Source: a virus
Taxonomy: Duplodnaviria > Caudoviricetes
Virus record (IMG/VR): IMGVR_UViG_3300048574_000427
Coordinates: 1-40,209 of that record
Length of the DNA: 40,209 bases
Reading direction: 5' to 3' (one strand)
The notes under the pieces were generated by a model, which ran no database searches, was not told where the DNA came from, and saw only the letters and a program-made list of their open reading frames with translations. Shown here one piece after another: positions 25,906-33,719 of the stretch. Within the stretch, counting starts at the first letter, position 1. Each line of letters opens with the position of its first letter. The position numbers and the translations under genes are program-made.

Positions 25906-26964
25906 ATGTCCGGGGTCAACGCAACATCGTCGATTTACTTGTCGCTCAACGCCGAGGCCGGCGCGCCCGAATGGGTGATGCTGTTTCCGGCGGGCGAAGG
26001 CGGCGTCGTCACCACGGTCGACGGCCGCGGTCCGTATCGCGCCGCAAACCTCACTGCCCTCGCCGAGGCGAGCCTGCAGGCTGCGGGCGGCAAGCTCGCG
26101 ATCGATGAATGCCATTCGACCGATCTGGCCGCCCCCAAGGGTCTGCCGGCGCCGGCGCGCGGCTGGGTGGTCGCCGCCGAGGCGCGCGACGACGGACTGT
26201 GGGGCCGGGTCGACTGGACCGACATCGGCCGCGACCTGGTCGCAGGCCATGCCTACCGGGGCATCTCACCGGTTTTCGCGCACGACCCCAAGGGCAACGT
26301 GCTGCGCTTCCTGCGTGCCTCCCTCACCAACACGCCGAACCTGCGCGGCATCGCCGCGCTTCACTCTGAAGGAGTCCCTATGGACCTCACGAAGCTGCGT
26401 GAAATGCTCGGCTTGGCGGCCGACGCCGACGAGGCGGCCATCCTGGCCGCGATCCGCGCCCTCAAGGACAAGCCGGCGCTGCAGTCGGCGCTCGCCCCGA
26501 TCGCCAAGGCGGCCGGCCTGAAGGACGACGCCGATGTGACGGCGATCGCCACCGCGGTGACGACGCTCGCCACCCGCGCCGGCCAGGACCAGGCCGCGGT
26601 TATCACGGCCCTGCAGACCGAGCTCGCCACCGTCTCCACCACGCTCGCCACCCTGCAGTCCGACGGCGCCAAGGCGCGCGCCACCACTTACGTCGACGGC
26701 GAGATCGCCAGAGGCCGCGTCGGCGTCAAGCCGCTGCGCGACCACTACATCGCCATGCACGCTGCCGACGCGGCGCGTGTCGAGAAGGAGATCGGCGCCA
26801 TGCCGATCATCGGACCGTCGGGCGCCCGGGTCGATCCGCCGGCCACCAAGGACGGCAAGATCGCGCTCAACTCCGAGCAGCTCCACACCTGCAAGCTCCT
26901 CGGCCTCGACCCCGAGGCCTACCGCAAAACCCTGGAAGCCGAACAGGCCGAGCAGGCGGCGTAA
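25906..26964 (+). CDS. Mu gpI-like prohead protease
   Basis: PEWVMLFPAG; DGRGPY; IDECHST; APARGWV; GLWGRVDWT; YRGISPVF; ASLTNTPNL. Confidence 0.92.
   Translation: MSGVNATSSIYLSLNAEAGAPEWVMLFPAGEGGVVTTVDGRGPYRAANLTALAEASLQAAGGKLAIDECHSTDLAAPKGLPAPARGWVVAAEARDDGLWGRVDWTDIGRDLVAGHAYRGISPVFAHDPKGNVLRFLRASLTNTPNLRGIAALHSEGVPMDLTKLREMLGLAADADEAAILAAIRALKDKPALQSALAPIAKAAGLKDDADVTAIATAVTTLATRAGQDQAAVITALQTELATVSTTLATLQSDGAKARATTYVDGEIARGRVGVKPLRDHYIAMHAADAARVEKEIGAMPIIGPSGARVDPPATKDGKIALNSEQLHTCKLLGLDPEAYRKTLEAEQAEQAA
26380..26964 (+). CDS. Nested in-frame scaffolding protein (Mu gpZ-like)
   Basis: Strong internal RBS GAAGGAG before MDLTKLREMLGLAADADEAAILAAI, right after the protease domain, as in Mu I/Z. 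Confidence 0.75.
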   Translation: MDLTKLREMLGLAADADEAAILAAIRALKDKPALQSALAPIAKAAGLKDDADVTAIATAVTTLATRAGQDQAAVITALQTELATVSTTLATLQSDGAKARATTYVDGEIARGRVGVKPLRDHYIAMHAADAARVEKEIGAMPIIGPSGARVDPPATKDGKIALNSEQLHTCKLLGLDPEAYRKTLEAEQAEQAA

Positions 26965-27007
26965 CGCCGCCCCTGCCGCCTCACCGTCACTGGAGACCAC
27001 TTAGTCC

Positions 27008-27781
27008 ATGACCGCGCTCACCGCCGATCGCAACACGCCCCGCCTTGAAGGCGAGATGAAGTCTGCCCCGCTCGCCGCCGTGAAGGTGTTCGCGGGCGCC
27101 CTGCTGATGCGCAACGCCGCCGGCTACGCCACCAAGGGCGCGACCGTCCTCGGGCTGCGCGGCATCGGCGTCGCCTGGGAGCAGGTCGATAATTCCGGCG
27201 GCAGCGCCGGCGACGTCAGTGTCAGGTATCGCGAGGGTATGTTCCGGTTTGTCAACTCGGCCGACGCCGACGCGATCGCCGAGACCGACGCCGGCAAGCT
27301 CTGCTACGCGGTCGACGACCAGACCGTCGCCAAGACCCACGGCTCCAACACCCGTTCGGTCGCCGGCATCATCCTCGGCGTCGACAGCCTCGGCGTACAT
27401 GTGCTGGTGTCCGAGGTGGCGCTCGTCGCCTATCTGCAGACACGCCGCGTCTTCGTGCCGGTCCGGGTCGCAACCCTGGTCGGTGCCAACGTGTACCGCC
27501 AGCTCTCCATCCATGCGGGCCGGATCGTCAAAATCTGGTCAGTGACCGAGGGCGTGCTGACGACCGGCGACGCGACCCTGACCGCCAAGATCAACGGTGT
27601 TGCCGTCACCGACGGCGTCATCACCATCACGCAAGCCGGCTCCGCCGCCGGCGACAAGGACTCGGCCACGCCGAGCGCCGCCAATGTGGTCGCGGTCGGC
27701 GACGACCTCTCGCTCACGGTCGGTGGCACCAACGCCACCGCGACGGTCGCCAACGTCCTCTTCGAGATCGAGCGCGACTGA
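27008..27781 (+). CDS. Head decoration/cement-like protein with extra C-terminal beta domain
   Basis: MTALTADRNTP...CYAVDDQTVAKTHGSNTRSVAG N-terminal domain typical of the gene between protease and capsid, plus ~115 Gly/Thr/Ala/Val-rich residues. Confidence 0.75.
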   Translation: MTALTADRNTPRLEGEMKSAPLAAVKVFAGALLMRNAAGYATKGATVLGLRGIGVAWEQVDNSGGSAGDVSVRYREGMFRFVNSADADAIAETDAGKLCYAVDDQTVAKTHGSNTRSVAGIILGVDSLGVHVLVSEVALVAYLQTRRVFVPVRVATLVGANVYRQLSIHAGRIVKIWSVTEGVLTTGDATLTAKINGVAVTDGVITITQAGSAAGDKDSATPSAANVVAVGDDLSLTVGGTNATATVANVLFEIERD

Positions 27782-27827
27782 CGGGCGATCAGAGACAGCC
27801 AAGACACAATCGTAACCGGAGCACTCC

Positions 27828-28850
27828 ATGTCCAAGTTCTACAAGTGGGCCAATTTCCACAAGTGGGTTTTGCCGATCGGCCTGATCGTCTGCCTCGGCG
27901 TCCTGGCCTATGCGACCGCGCCGGCCTCTTCGCACGAGGTCGGCGGCTTCACCCTCGCCATGCTGGTCAACGCCGCCAATCTCGACGGCCTGCGCGCTGG
28001 CTTCAAGACCTCGTTCCAGACGGGGCTCGGCATGGCGCCTTCGCAGTATCAGCGCGTCGCCACCGTGGTGCCGTCGTCGACGAAGGAGCAGAAGTACGGC
28101 TGGCTCGGCAAGATCCCGCGGGTGCGCGAATGGATCGGCGCCCGCGTCATCCACAATCTCGAACAGCACGACTACGCCATCAAGGAAAAGCCCCTCGAAC
28201 TGACCGTCGGCGTCGACAAGGACGATATCGAGACCGACAATCTCGGCATCTACACGCCGCTGTTCCAGATGATGGGCCAGTCGACCGGCTCCGAGTGGGA
28301 GTCGATGGTGTGGGCTTTGATCAAGGCCGGCTGGACGTTGAAGTGCTACGACGGCCAGTATTACTTCGACACCGATCATCCGGTGCTCGATGCGGCGGGT
28401 GCGCCTCAGTCCATCGCCAATACCGATGGCGGTGCCGGAGAGCCCTGGTTCCTGCTCTGCACCAAGATGCCGCTCAAGCCGTTCATCCTGCAGAAGCGCA
28501 AGGACTTCCAGTTCGTCGCCAAGGACGACCCCCGCGACGATCGCGTGTTCATGAACAAAGAGTTCATTTACGGCGCGGACGCGCGCGGCAATGTGGGTTT
28601 CGGCTTCTGGCAGATGGCCTGGGGTTCAAAGCAGACGCTCGACGCCACCCACTACAAGGCGGCGCGCGCCGCGCTCACCGGCATGAAGGGCGACTACGGC
28701 CTGCCGCTCGGCCTGCAGCCCGACCTCCTGGTGGTCGGCTCGACCAACGAGAGCGCCGGCCGCAAGCTCCTGAATTCCGAGTACGGCGCCGGCGGCGAGA
28801 CCAACGAGTGGAAGGGCACCGCCGAGCTGCTCGTCTGCCCGTGGCTCTGA
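27828..28850 (+). CDS. Mu gpT-like major capsid protein with 44-aa hydrophobic leader
   Basis: YGWLGKIPRVREWIGAR; CYDGQYYFDTDHPV; YGADARGNVGFGFWQMAWGS; NEWKGTAELLVCPWL. GGAG RBS at the upstream ATG; canonical homology starts at Met45 (27960). Confidence 0.93.
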   Translation: MSKFYKWANFHKWVLPIGLIVCLGVLAYATAPASSHEVGGFTLAMLVNAANLDGLRAGFKTSFQTGLGMAPSQYQRVATVVPSSTKEQKYGWLGKIPRVREWIGARVIHNLEQHDYAIKEKPLELTVGVDKDDIETDNLGIYTPLFQMMGQSTGSEWESMVWALIKAGWTLKCYDGQYYFDTDHPVLDAAGAPQSIANTDGGAGEPWFLLCTKMPLKPFILQKRKDFQFVAKDDPRDDRVFMNKEFIYGADARGNVGFGFWQMAWGSKQTLDATHYKAARAALTGMKGDYGLPLGLQPDLLVVGSTNESAGRKLLNSEYGAGGETNEWKGTAELLVCPWL

Positions 28851-28858
28851 GGTGAGCC

Positions 28859-29455
28859 ATGGCCAGCGAGGCAAAGCAGAAGAATTCAGCGCCGCGCAAA
28901 TCCGCGAAAGCGGAAGCGGCTTCACGGGCGGAAGGGCCAAGCCCGACCGCCGGGGCCGGCGCTCTCCAGGCGCCGGTCACCGATCAGCCCGCCGGCGAAG
29001 AGCCGGGGGCAGTCGACCGTGTTTTCGAGGCCGGGACGGTGAATGGCACAGCCAAGACGCTGCTGCGCTCAGCGTCGATCGGCGAGCTCCCGGTCGGCGA
29101 GCTCCAGCTTCAACCCGCCGGCGACGCTGCGCCGGCGGCTGACAATACCCGCGAGCGCAGCACGGAAGCCGAAGGGGCGGCGGAATCTGCCGCCGCCCCC
29201 AAGGCCCCGGACGCGGGCGAGAAGGGGCGCTTCGTCATCCTGTCGCCACCGGTGCCCGCCGACGTTCCATCGCTTCTGCTCGCGGGTGCGACCTACATCG
29301 TCAAGGCGAAGCCGGAGCGCGGACTGCGGCGCGCCGGCCGGGCCTTCACCCGGGAAGAGACGCTGATCCCGTATGCCGATCTCTCGGCCGGGCATCGCGC
29401 CGCCATTGAGGGCGAGCCCGACCTGGTCGTGACCATCCGGCTGCCGCTCTCGTAA
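28859..29455 (+). CDS. FluMu gp35/HI1506-like protein
   Basis: Low-complexity N-terminus then GLRRAGRAFTREETLIPYADLSAGHRAAIEGEPDLVV; follows the capsid gene. Confidence 0.75.
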   Translation: MASEAKQKNSAPRKSAKAEAASRAEGPSPTAGAGALQAPVTDQPAGEEPGAVDRVFEAGTVNGTAKTLLRSASIGELPVGELQLQPAGDAAPAADNTRERSTEAEGAAESAAAPKAPDAGEKGRFVILSPPVPADVPSLLLAGATYIVKAKPERGLRRAGRAFTREETLIPYADLSAGHRAAIEGEPDLVVTIRLPLS

Positions 29456-29466
29456 CGCCCCGTTTC

Positions 29467-29553
29467 CGCGGGGTGGCGCAGTCAGGTCAGCGCGTCAGGC
29501 ACGTCCTCTTGGAAGGCCTGGAGGCCGCCGGTTCAAATCCGGCCTCCGCACCA
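29467..29553 (+). ncRNA. tRNA-like RNA (initiator tRNA-Met-like body) with expanded anticodon arm
   Basis: Acceptor CGCGGGG/CTCCGCA, D arm GCGC/GCGC, anticodon stem TCAGG/CCTGG enclosing 17 nt, variable loop AGGCC, T arm GCCGG-TTCAAAT-CCGGC, encoded CCA. Confidence 0.8.
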
Positions 29554-29690
29554 GAATTCCGGTCGCCGGCTCAACCCGGCAGCGGCGATCGGATCAGAGG
29601 CCGGTCCGCAAGACCGCCGGCCGCACGTGACCCCGGCGCGCGCAAGGAGCGGCGCGCGCCGGGTGGTCCTTCGAAGAGGTGGAGCCGTCC

Positions 29691-29885
29691 ATGCCGATGA
29701 CCGATGACGAGCTGGCGAAGTTCCTGGGCATTGCCGGCCACCCTAAGGCCCTGTTCGTCATTGCCGAACTGACGCCCGAAAAGCGCGCGCTCTACGACCG
29801 CATGGCCGAGATCGAGGTTGCCCGCAAGGCGCGCGGTAAACACCTGCCTGACCGGGCGACCAAACGACGAGGGTCCGGGCGATGA
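29691..29885 (+). CDS. Hypothetical protein (64 aa)
   Basis: GGAG RBS; MPMTDDELAKFLGIAG...LTPEKRALYDRMAEIE. Confidence 0.7.
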   Translation: MPMTDDELAKFLGIAGHPKALFVIAELTPEKRALYDRMAEIEVARKARGKHLPDRATKRRGSGR

Positions 29886-30016
29886 TCAGGTTCTTTCCGA
29901 GCGTGATGATCGTCCTCTCTGTTGGAGCCGCCGCCGTCTACGCGTGGGACACAGACTGGCGGCGCGCCATCTACTGGACCGCGGCAGCCGTGCTCACGGC
30001 ATCGGTCACATTCTGA
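29882..30016 (+). CDS. 44-aa two-TM membrane protein (not in ORF track)
   Basis: MIRFFPSVMIVLSVGAAAVYAWDTDWRRAIYWTAAAVLTASVTF; ATGA overlap with the previous gene. Confidence 0.7.
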   Translation: MIRFFPSVMIVLSVGAAAVYAWDTDWRRAIYWTAAAVLTASVTF

Positions 30017-30038
30017 GAGGCAACAAGGATCTGATCCC

Positions 30039-30335
30039 ATGGACGAAAATCTCAGGATCGACGACGCTGCCTATCAAAATGGGCGCGACATCAGCGCCAC
30101 CGGCGGCACGCTGCGCACACTCATCGAGCAAGTCGTGATTGCGAACGACGAGGATATGGCTGTCAGCCTGGCGCTCGGCTTCTTCGATGGTTTGATTGCC
30201 GAGCTTCGGCGTCCGCTGGCGGTCGTGAACATCGACGGTCTGTCGCGTTCTGATCCGCCGCGCCCGAGCGTGCAGCCGGTGACCACGCCTTACAATCCGA
30301 CGGCGCCTGGTCGACCGCCGCGGCCGACGCGATAG
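30039..30335 (+). CDS. Hypothetical protein (98 aa)
   Basis: AAGGA RBS; MDENLRIDDAAYQNG...; Pro-rich tail. Confidence 0.6.
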   Translation: MDENLRIDDAAYQNGRDISATGGTLRTLIEQVVIANDEDMAVSLALGFFDGLIAELRRPLAVVNIDGLSRSDPPRPSVQPVTTPYNPTAPGRPPRPTR

Positions 30336-30346
30336 CGAGGGCCGAG

Positions 30347-30775
30347 ATGACCTACGCCACCCAACAGCAGCTCGTCGATCGCTACGGCGAGGACATGCTG
30401 CGCAAGATCACCGATCGGGCCAAGCCACCGGCCGGCGCGATCGACGCCGCCGTGGTCGCCCGCGCGCTCGCCGATACCGATGCCGTGATCGACGGCTACC
30501 TGCTCGGCCGCTACCAGCTGCCGCTCGCCACCACGCCGGCGCTGCTCGCCGAACTCGCCTCGACGATCGCGATCTACAAGCTGCACGGCTCGACCGCGGC
30601 CGAGAAGATCGCCGACGACTACAACGCGGCTTTGCGCACGCTGCGCGAGATCGGCCAGGGCATCGTGCGCCTTGGCGTCGCCGGCATCGAGCCGGCGGCG
30701 AGCGGCACCGAGGGCGTGCGCGTCATCGACCGGGAGCGCGACCTCACCCCCGACAATCTGAAAGGCTTCATCTGA
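30347..30775 (+). CDS. Head-tail adaptor (DUF1320, Mu gp36-like)
   Basis: MTYATQQQLVDRYGE...IDGYLLGRYQLPL...IAIYKLH. Confidence 0.9.
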   Translation: MTYATQQQLVDRYGEDMLRKITDRAKPPAGAIDAAVVARALADTDAVIDGYLLGRYQLPLATTPALLAELASTIAIYKLHGSTAAEKIADDYNAALRTLREIGQGIVRLGVAGIEPAASGTEGVRVIDRERDLTPDNLKGFI

Positions 30776-31347
30776 TGGCGGCCGACGGCGTCCGCATCGA
30801 GCTCAAGAGCGAGGACATCGCGCAAGGCGTGTTCGCGCGCGCCGCCGATCGCGCCGTCAACGCCCAGCCCATGTGGGAGGACATCGGCGCCTCTCTCGTC
30901 ACCTCGACCCAGCACCGCTTCGAACGTGGCGTCAGGCCCGACGGATCGCCCTGGCCGCCGTCCATGCGGGCGCTCGCCGAAGGTGGCAAGACGCTGGTCG
31001 AGAGTACCCGCCTGATGCTGTCGCTGACCTCCGAGGCGACAGGCGTCGGCGTCATGGTCGGCACCAACGTCCTCTATGCCGCCGCGCACCAGTTCGGCGC
31101 CGACATCCAGCAGGGCGCCCGCACCCAGACCATCCGGTTCAAGCGCCACAAACGGTCCGGGAAACTTCTGAAGGGTTTCCGCCGCGCCAAGGATGCGACC
31201 GAGGAGCGCCAGGTCGATGTCGGCGCCCACACGATCCACCTGCCGGCGCGGCCGTTCCTCGGCCTGGACGATGACGACCAGGCCGAGATCGCCCGCATCG
31301 TCGAGGACTGGCTGACCGGACCGGGAGGTCTCGATGCTCGTCAATGA
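30775..31347 (+). CDS. Virion morphogenesis protein (Mu gpG / tail completion)
   Basis: RFERGVRPDGSPWPP; VGTNVLYAAAHQFG; LPARPFLGL. Confidence 0.92.
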   Translation: MAADGVRIELKSEDIAQGVFARAADRAVNAQPMWEDIGASLVTSTQHRFERGVRPDGSPWPPSMRALAEGGKTLVESTRLMLSLTSEATGVGVMVGTNVLYAAAHQFGADIQQGARTQTIRFKRHKRSGKLLKGFRRAKDATEERQVDVGAHTIHLPARPFLGLDDDDQAEIARIVEDWLTGPGGLDARQ

Positions 31348-31771
31348 CGTCATCGCGAGGCTCGACGATCGCGTCGCCGACCTCAAGGGTCGGATCGAAG
31401 GCGCGGCCGAACTCTCGGCGCTGATCCGCGACGGGGCCCTGCCGCCGGTCCTGCCGGCCGCCTTCGTGGTGCCACTGGGATTGCGGCCCGGACAGGTCGA
31501 CGCCGCCGCCGGCCTGTTCCGCCAGGACGTCGACGAGGTCGTCGGCGTCGTTCTGATCACAGATGCGCCCGGCGACGTCACCGGCGCCGGCGCCCTGCCG
31601 ACCATCGGCGAGCTGATCAAGGACACGATCGAAGCCGTGTGCGGCTTCGCACCCGGCGACGAGGTCGGCGTATTCCGCCTCTCCCGCGGCGCGCTCGTGA
31701 GCCTCAACGCCGGCACGGTCATCTACCAGCTCGATTTTGCCATCGCGGATCAACTGAGGATCGCAGGATGA
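31334..31771 (+). CDS. Tail terminator-like protein
   Basis: PAAFVVPL...YQLDF motif and position between gpG and tail tube. Confidence 0.75.
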   Translation: MLVNDVIARLDDRVADLKGRIEGAAELSALIRDGALPPVLPAAFVVPLGLRPGQVDAAAGLFRQDVDEVVGVVLITDAPGDVTGAGALPTIGELIKDTIEAVCGFAPGDEVGVFRLSRGALVSLNAGTVIYQLDFAIADQLRIAG

Positions 31772-31998
31772 GCCAGCAGCCAAGCCGAGGCGGCTCCTAC
31801 GTGCAGGACAAGGACGGGGCGCTCAAGCGCGTCGCGTTCACGGCGTCCGACGCCGGGCTGTCGATCGCCTCCGACGCCGGACTGTCGATCGCCGAGGCAA
31901 ACCGCGTCCGCGCGGTCGTCGGCATCGCTCCGCAAGCCGAGCCGGTCGCGAAGACCCAATCCGTTGCGCCCGCGAAGGGTCGCAAGTCGAAGGAGTGA
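31768..31998 (+). CDS. Small protein preceding the tail tube
   Basis: RGGSYVQDKDGALKRV motif; ATGA coupling; contains an 8-aa duplication. Confidence 0.7.
   Translation: MSQQPSRGGSYVQDKDGALKRVAFTASDAGLSIASDAGLSIAEANRVRAVVGIAPQAEPVAKTQSVAPAKGRKSKE
31846..31893 (+). repeat. 24-bp tandem duplication (one mismatch)
   Basis: TCCGACGCCGGGCTGTCGATCGCC / TCCGACGCCGGACTGTCGATCGCC, encoding SDAGLSIA twice. Confidence 0.9.
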
Positions 31999-32003
31999 CA
32001 CCG

Positions 32004-32945
32004 ATGCCGGAGCCGATCCGTTATCGTCTGATGGTCTTGCTCGCCAAGATCGAGACCGAGTACGCCACCGATCCGACGCCGACCGGCGCCGCCAACGGCA
32101 TCCTGGCCAAGAACGTCGAGATCTCGCCCATGGAGGGCGAGGACGTCTCGCGCGAGCTGATCCAGGCCTTTCTCGGCGCCCAGGCGACGGTCCCGACCGG
32201 GTTGCGCATGGTGCTGTCATTCGACACCGAGCTGGCCGGTTCGGGCGCCGCCGGCACGGCGCCCAAATGGGGTCCGCTCGCCCGCGGCGCCGGCATGGCC
32301 GAGACGATCGTCGCCGACACCTCCGTGGCCTACACGCCGGTCAGCGAGGAGATGGAGAGCCTGACCCTGTGGTTCTGGATCGGCTCGACCAAGCACGTCC
32401 TCACCGGCGCCCGGGGCGGCGGCGAGGTGACGGTGAACGCCCAAGGCATTCCGTTCATCCGCTGGACGTTCACCGGCCTGTGGAACGCGCCCGGCGAGGC
32501 GACGCGCGCGACGCCGACACTGACCGGCTTCCAGAAGCCGCTGGTGGCTTCGAAGACCAACACGCCGACCTTCACGGTCAACAGCGTTCCCCTGGTGCTG
32601 CGCAGCTATTCGCTCAAGTTCGGCAACCAGGTGGAGCCGCGCCTCCTAATCGGCCGCGAGTCGGTCGAGATCGTCGACCGCGCCGAGGCCATCGACGTGG
32701 TGGTCGAGGCGGTGCCGCTGACCACGCTCGACCCGTTCACGCTCGCCAACGCGCAGACGCTCGTTCCGGTCGCGCTCGTGCACGGCACCGTGGCTGGCAA
32801 CATCATCTCGCTCACGGCGGCGACCTGCCAAGTCAAGCGGCCGACCGGCTACCAGAACAACCAGGGCACGCTGGAATGGCCGCTCGCCCTGGCGCCGCTA
32901 CCGACTTCGACCGGCAACGACCAGTACGCCATCACCCTGACCTGA
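32004..32945 (+). CDS. Major tail tube protein
   Basis: LLAKIETEYATDPTPTG; ELAGSGAAGTAPKWG; AGGAG RBS 8 nt before the ATG; precedes the chaperone. Confidence 0.88.
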   Translation: MPEPIRYRLMVLLAKIETEYATDPTPTGAANGILAKNVEISPMEGEDVSRELIQAFLGAQATVPTGLRMVLSFDTELAGSGAAGTAPKWGPLARGAGMAETIVADTSVAYTPVSEEMESLTLWFWIGSTKHVLTGARGGGEVTVNAQGIPFIRWTFTGLWNAPGEATRATPTLTGFQKPLVASKTNTPTFTVNSVPLVLRSYSLKFGNQVEPRLLIGRESVEIVDRAEAIDVVVEAVPLTTLDPFTLANAQTLVPVALVHGTVAGNIISLTAATCQVKRPTGYQNNQGTLEWPLALAPLPTSTGNDQYAITLT

Positions 32946-32996
32946 CCCGGCCGGGATCGGGTTTTCAAACGCGCTTCAACGAGAGGTCTGCAAACC

Positions 32997-33326
32997 ATGT
33001 TCACGATCGTCGACAAGCCCACCTTCCGTCACGAGATCAAAATCCACGTGCCGGTCGACGGCGGCTTCAAGGATGAGACCGTCCAGGTGACCTATCGGGT
33101 CCTGCCTGTCGAGGAAGCCGAAAAGCACGATCTCTCGACGCCGGCGGGCACGAAGGAGTTTCTCCAGGCGGCGCTGGTCAAGATCGACGACATCGTCGAC
33201 GGCGCCAAGCAGCCGGTGCCGTACTCAGATCAGCTGCGCGATCTCATGCTGTCGTTCTCCTATGTGCGCGTCGCGCTCGCGGGCGGCTACTTCACCGCCG
33301 TGGCCGGGGCGCGCGCGGGAAACTGA
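32997..33326 (+). CDS. Tail assembly chaperone (G-like)
   Basis: Between tube and tape measure genes; ends GCG GGA AAC TGA. Confidence 0.85.
   Translation: MFTIVDKPTFRHEIKIHVPVDGGFKDETVQVTYRVLPVEEAEKHDLSTPAGTKEFLQAALVKIDDIVDGAKQPVPYSDQLRDLMLSFSYVRVALAGGYFTAVAGARAGN
33317..33323 (+). other. Programmed -1 ribosomal frameshift site
   Basis: G GGA AAC (X XXY YYZ) immediately before the stop; the -1 frame is open into the 33428-33712 ORF. Confidence 0.85.
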
Positions 33327-33712
33327 GATGGGCCGCCCGCCGCTGGGCGACCGGCGACGGGGCGGCCGATAAGGCGAGCGAGAAGGCGACCGAGGATGCG
33401 CGCGCATTCGGCTTCGACGAACAGTCCATGGCCGAGCTGGCTGCGGCCCTCGCCGAAGTCCACGACGACGAATTCTCCGGCTTGTGGCGGGAAAACGTCG
33501 CCGTGTTCGACGCCTTCGTCGCCGTCGGCACCCAATGGCGCACGGCGCCGATCGGCGGCGGTATGGCGCCGGTCGGCATCGTCTATGTGGGCCTCGATTA
33601 CGCGGCGGTCCGCGCCGGCCTCGACGCCGCCGGCATCGTGGTCACCCCGGAGCTGTGGGCCGGCCTGCGCGTCATGGAAGATGCCGCGCGGGCGGCGTTG
33701 AACGGACGGTGA
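33323..33712 (+). CDS. Frameshift extension of the tail chaperone (GT-like, DUF1799-like)
   Basis: -1 frame LRWAARRWATG...LWRENVAVFDAFVAVGTQWR..YVGLDYAAV..LRVMEDAARAALN. Confidence 0.82.
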   Translation: MRWAARRWATGDGAADKASEKATEDARAFGFDEQSMAELAAALAEVHDDEFSGLWRENVAVFDAFVAVGTQWRTAPIGGGMAPVGIVYVGLDYAAVRAGLDAAGIVVTPELWAGLRVMEDAARAALNGR

Positions 33713-33719
33713 GCTGATC

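Noticed and set aside
29467-29553. Functional decoding tRNA-Met or att-site remnant
   Set aside because: No 7-nt anticodon loop or CAT anticodon, and the element is internal to a phage that integrates by transposition.
29473-29700. 75-aa ORF over the tRNA-like element
   Set aside because: No RBS; sequence is better explained by RNA structure.
32945-32966. Intrinsic terminator after the tail tube gene
   Set aside because: Stem is short and mismatched and the U-tract is only four bases.
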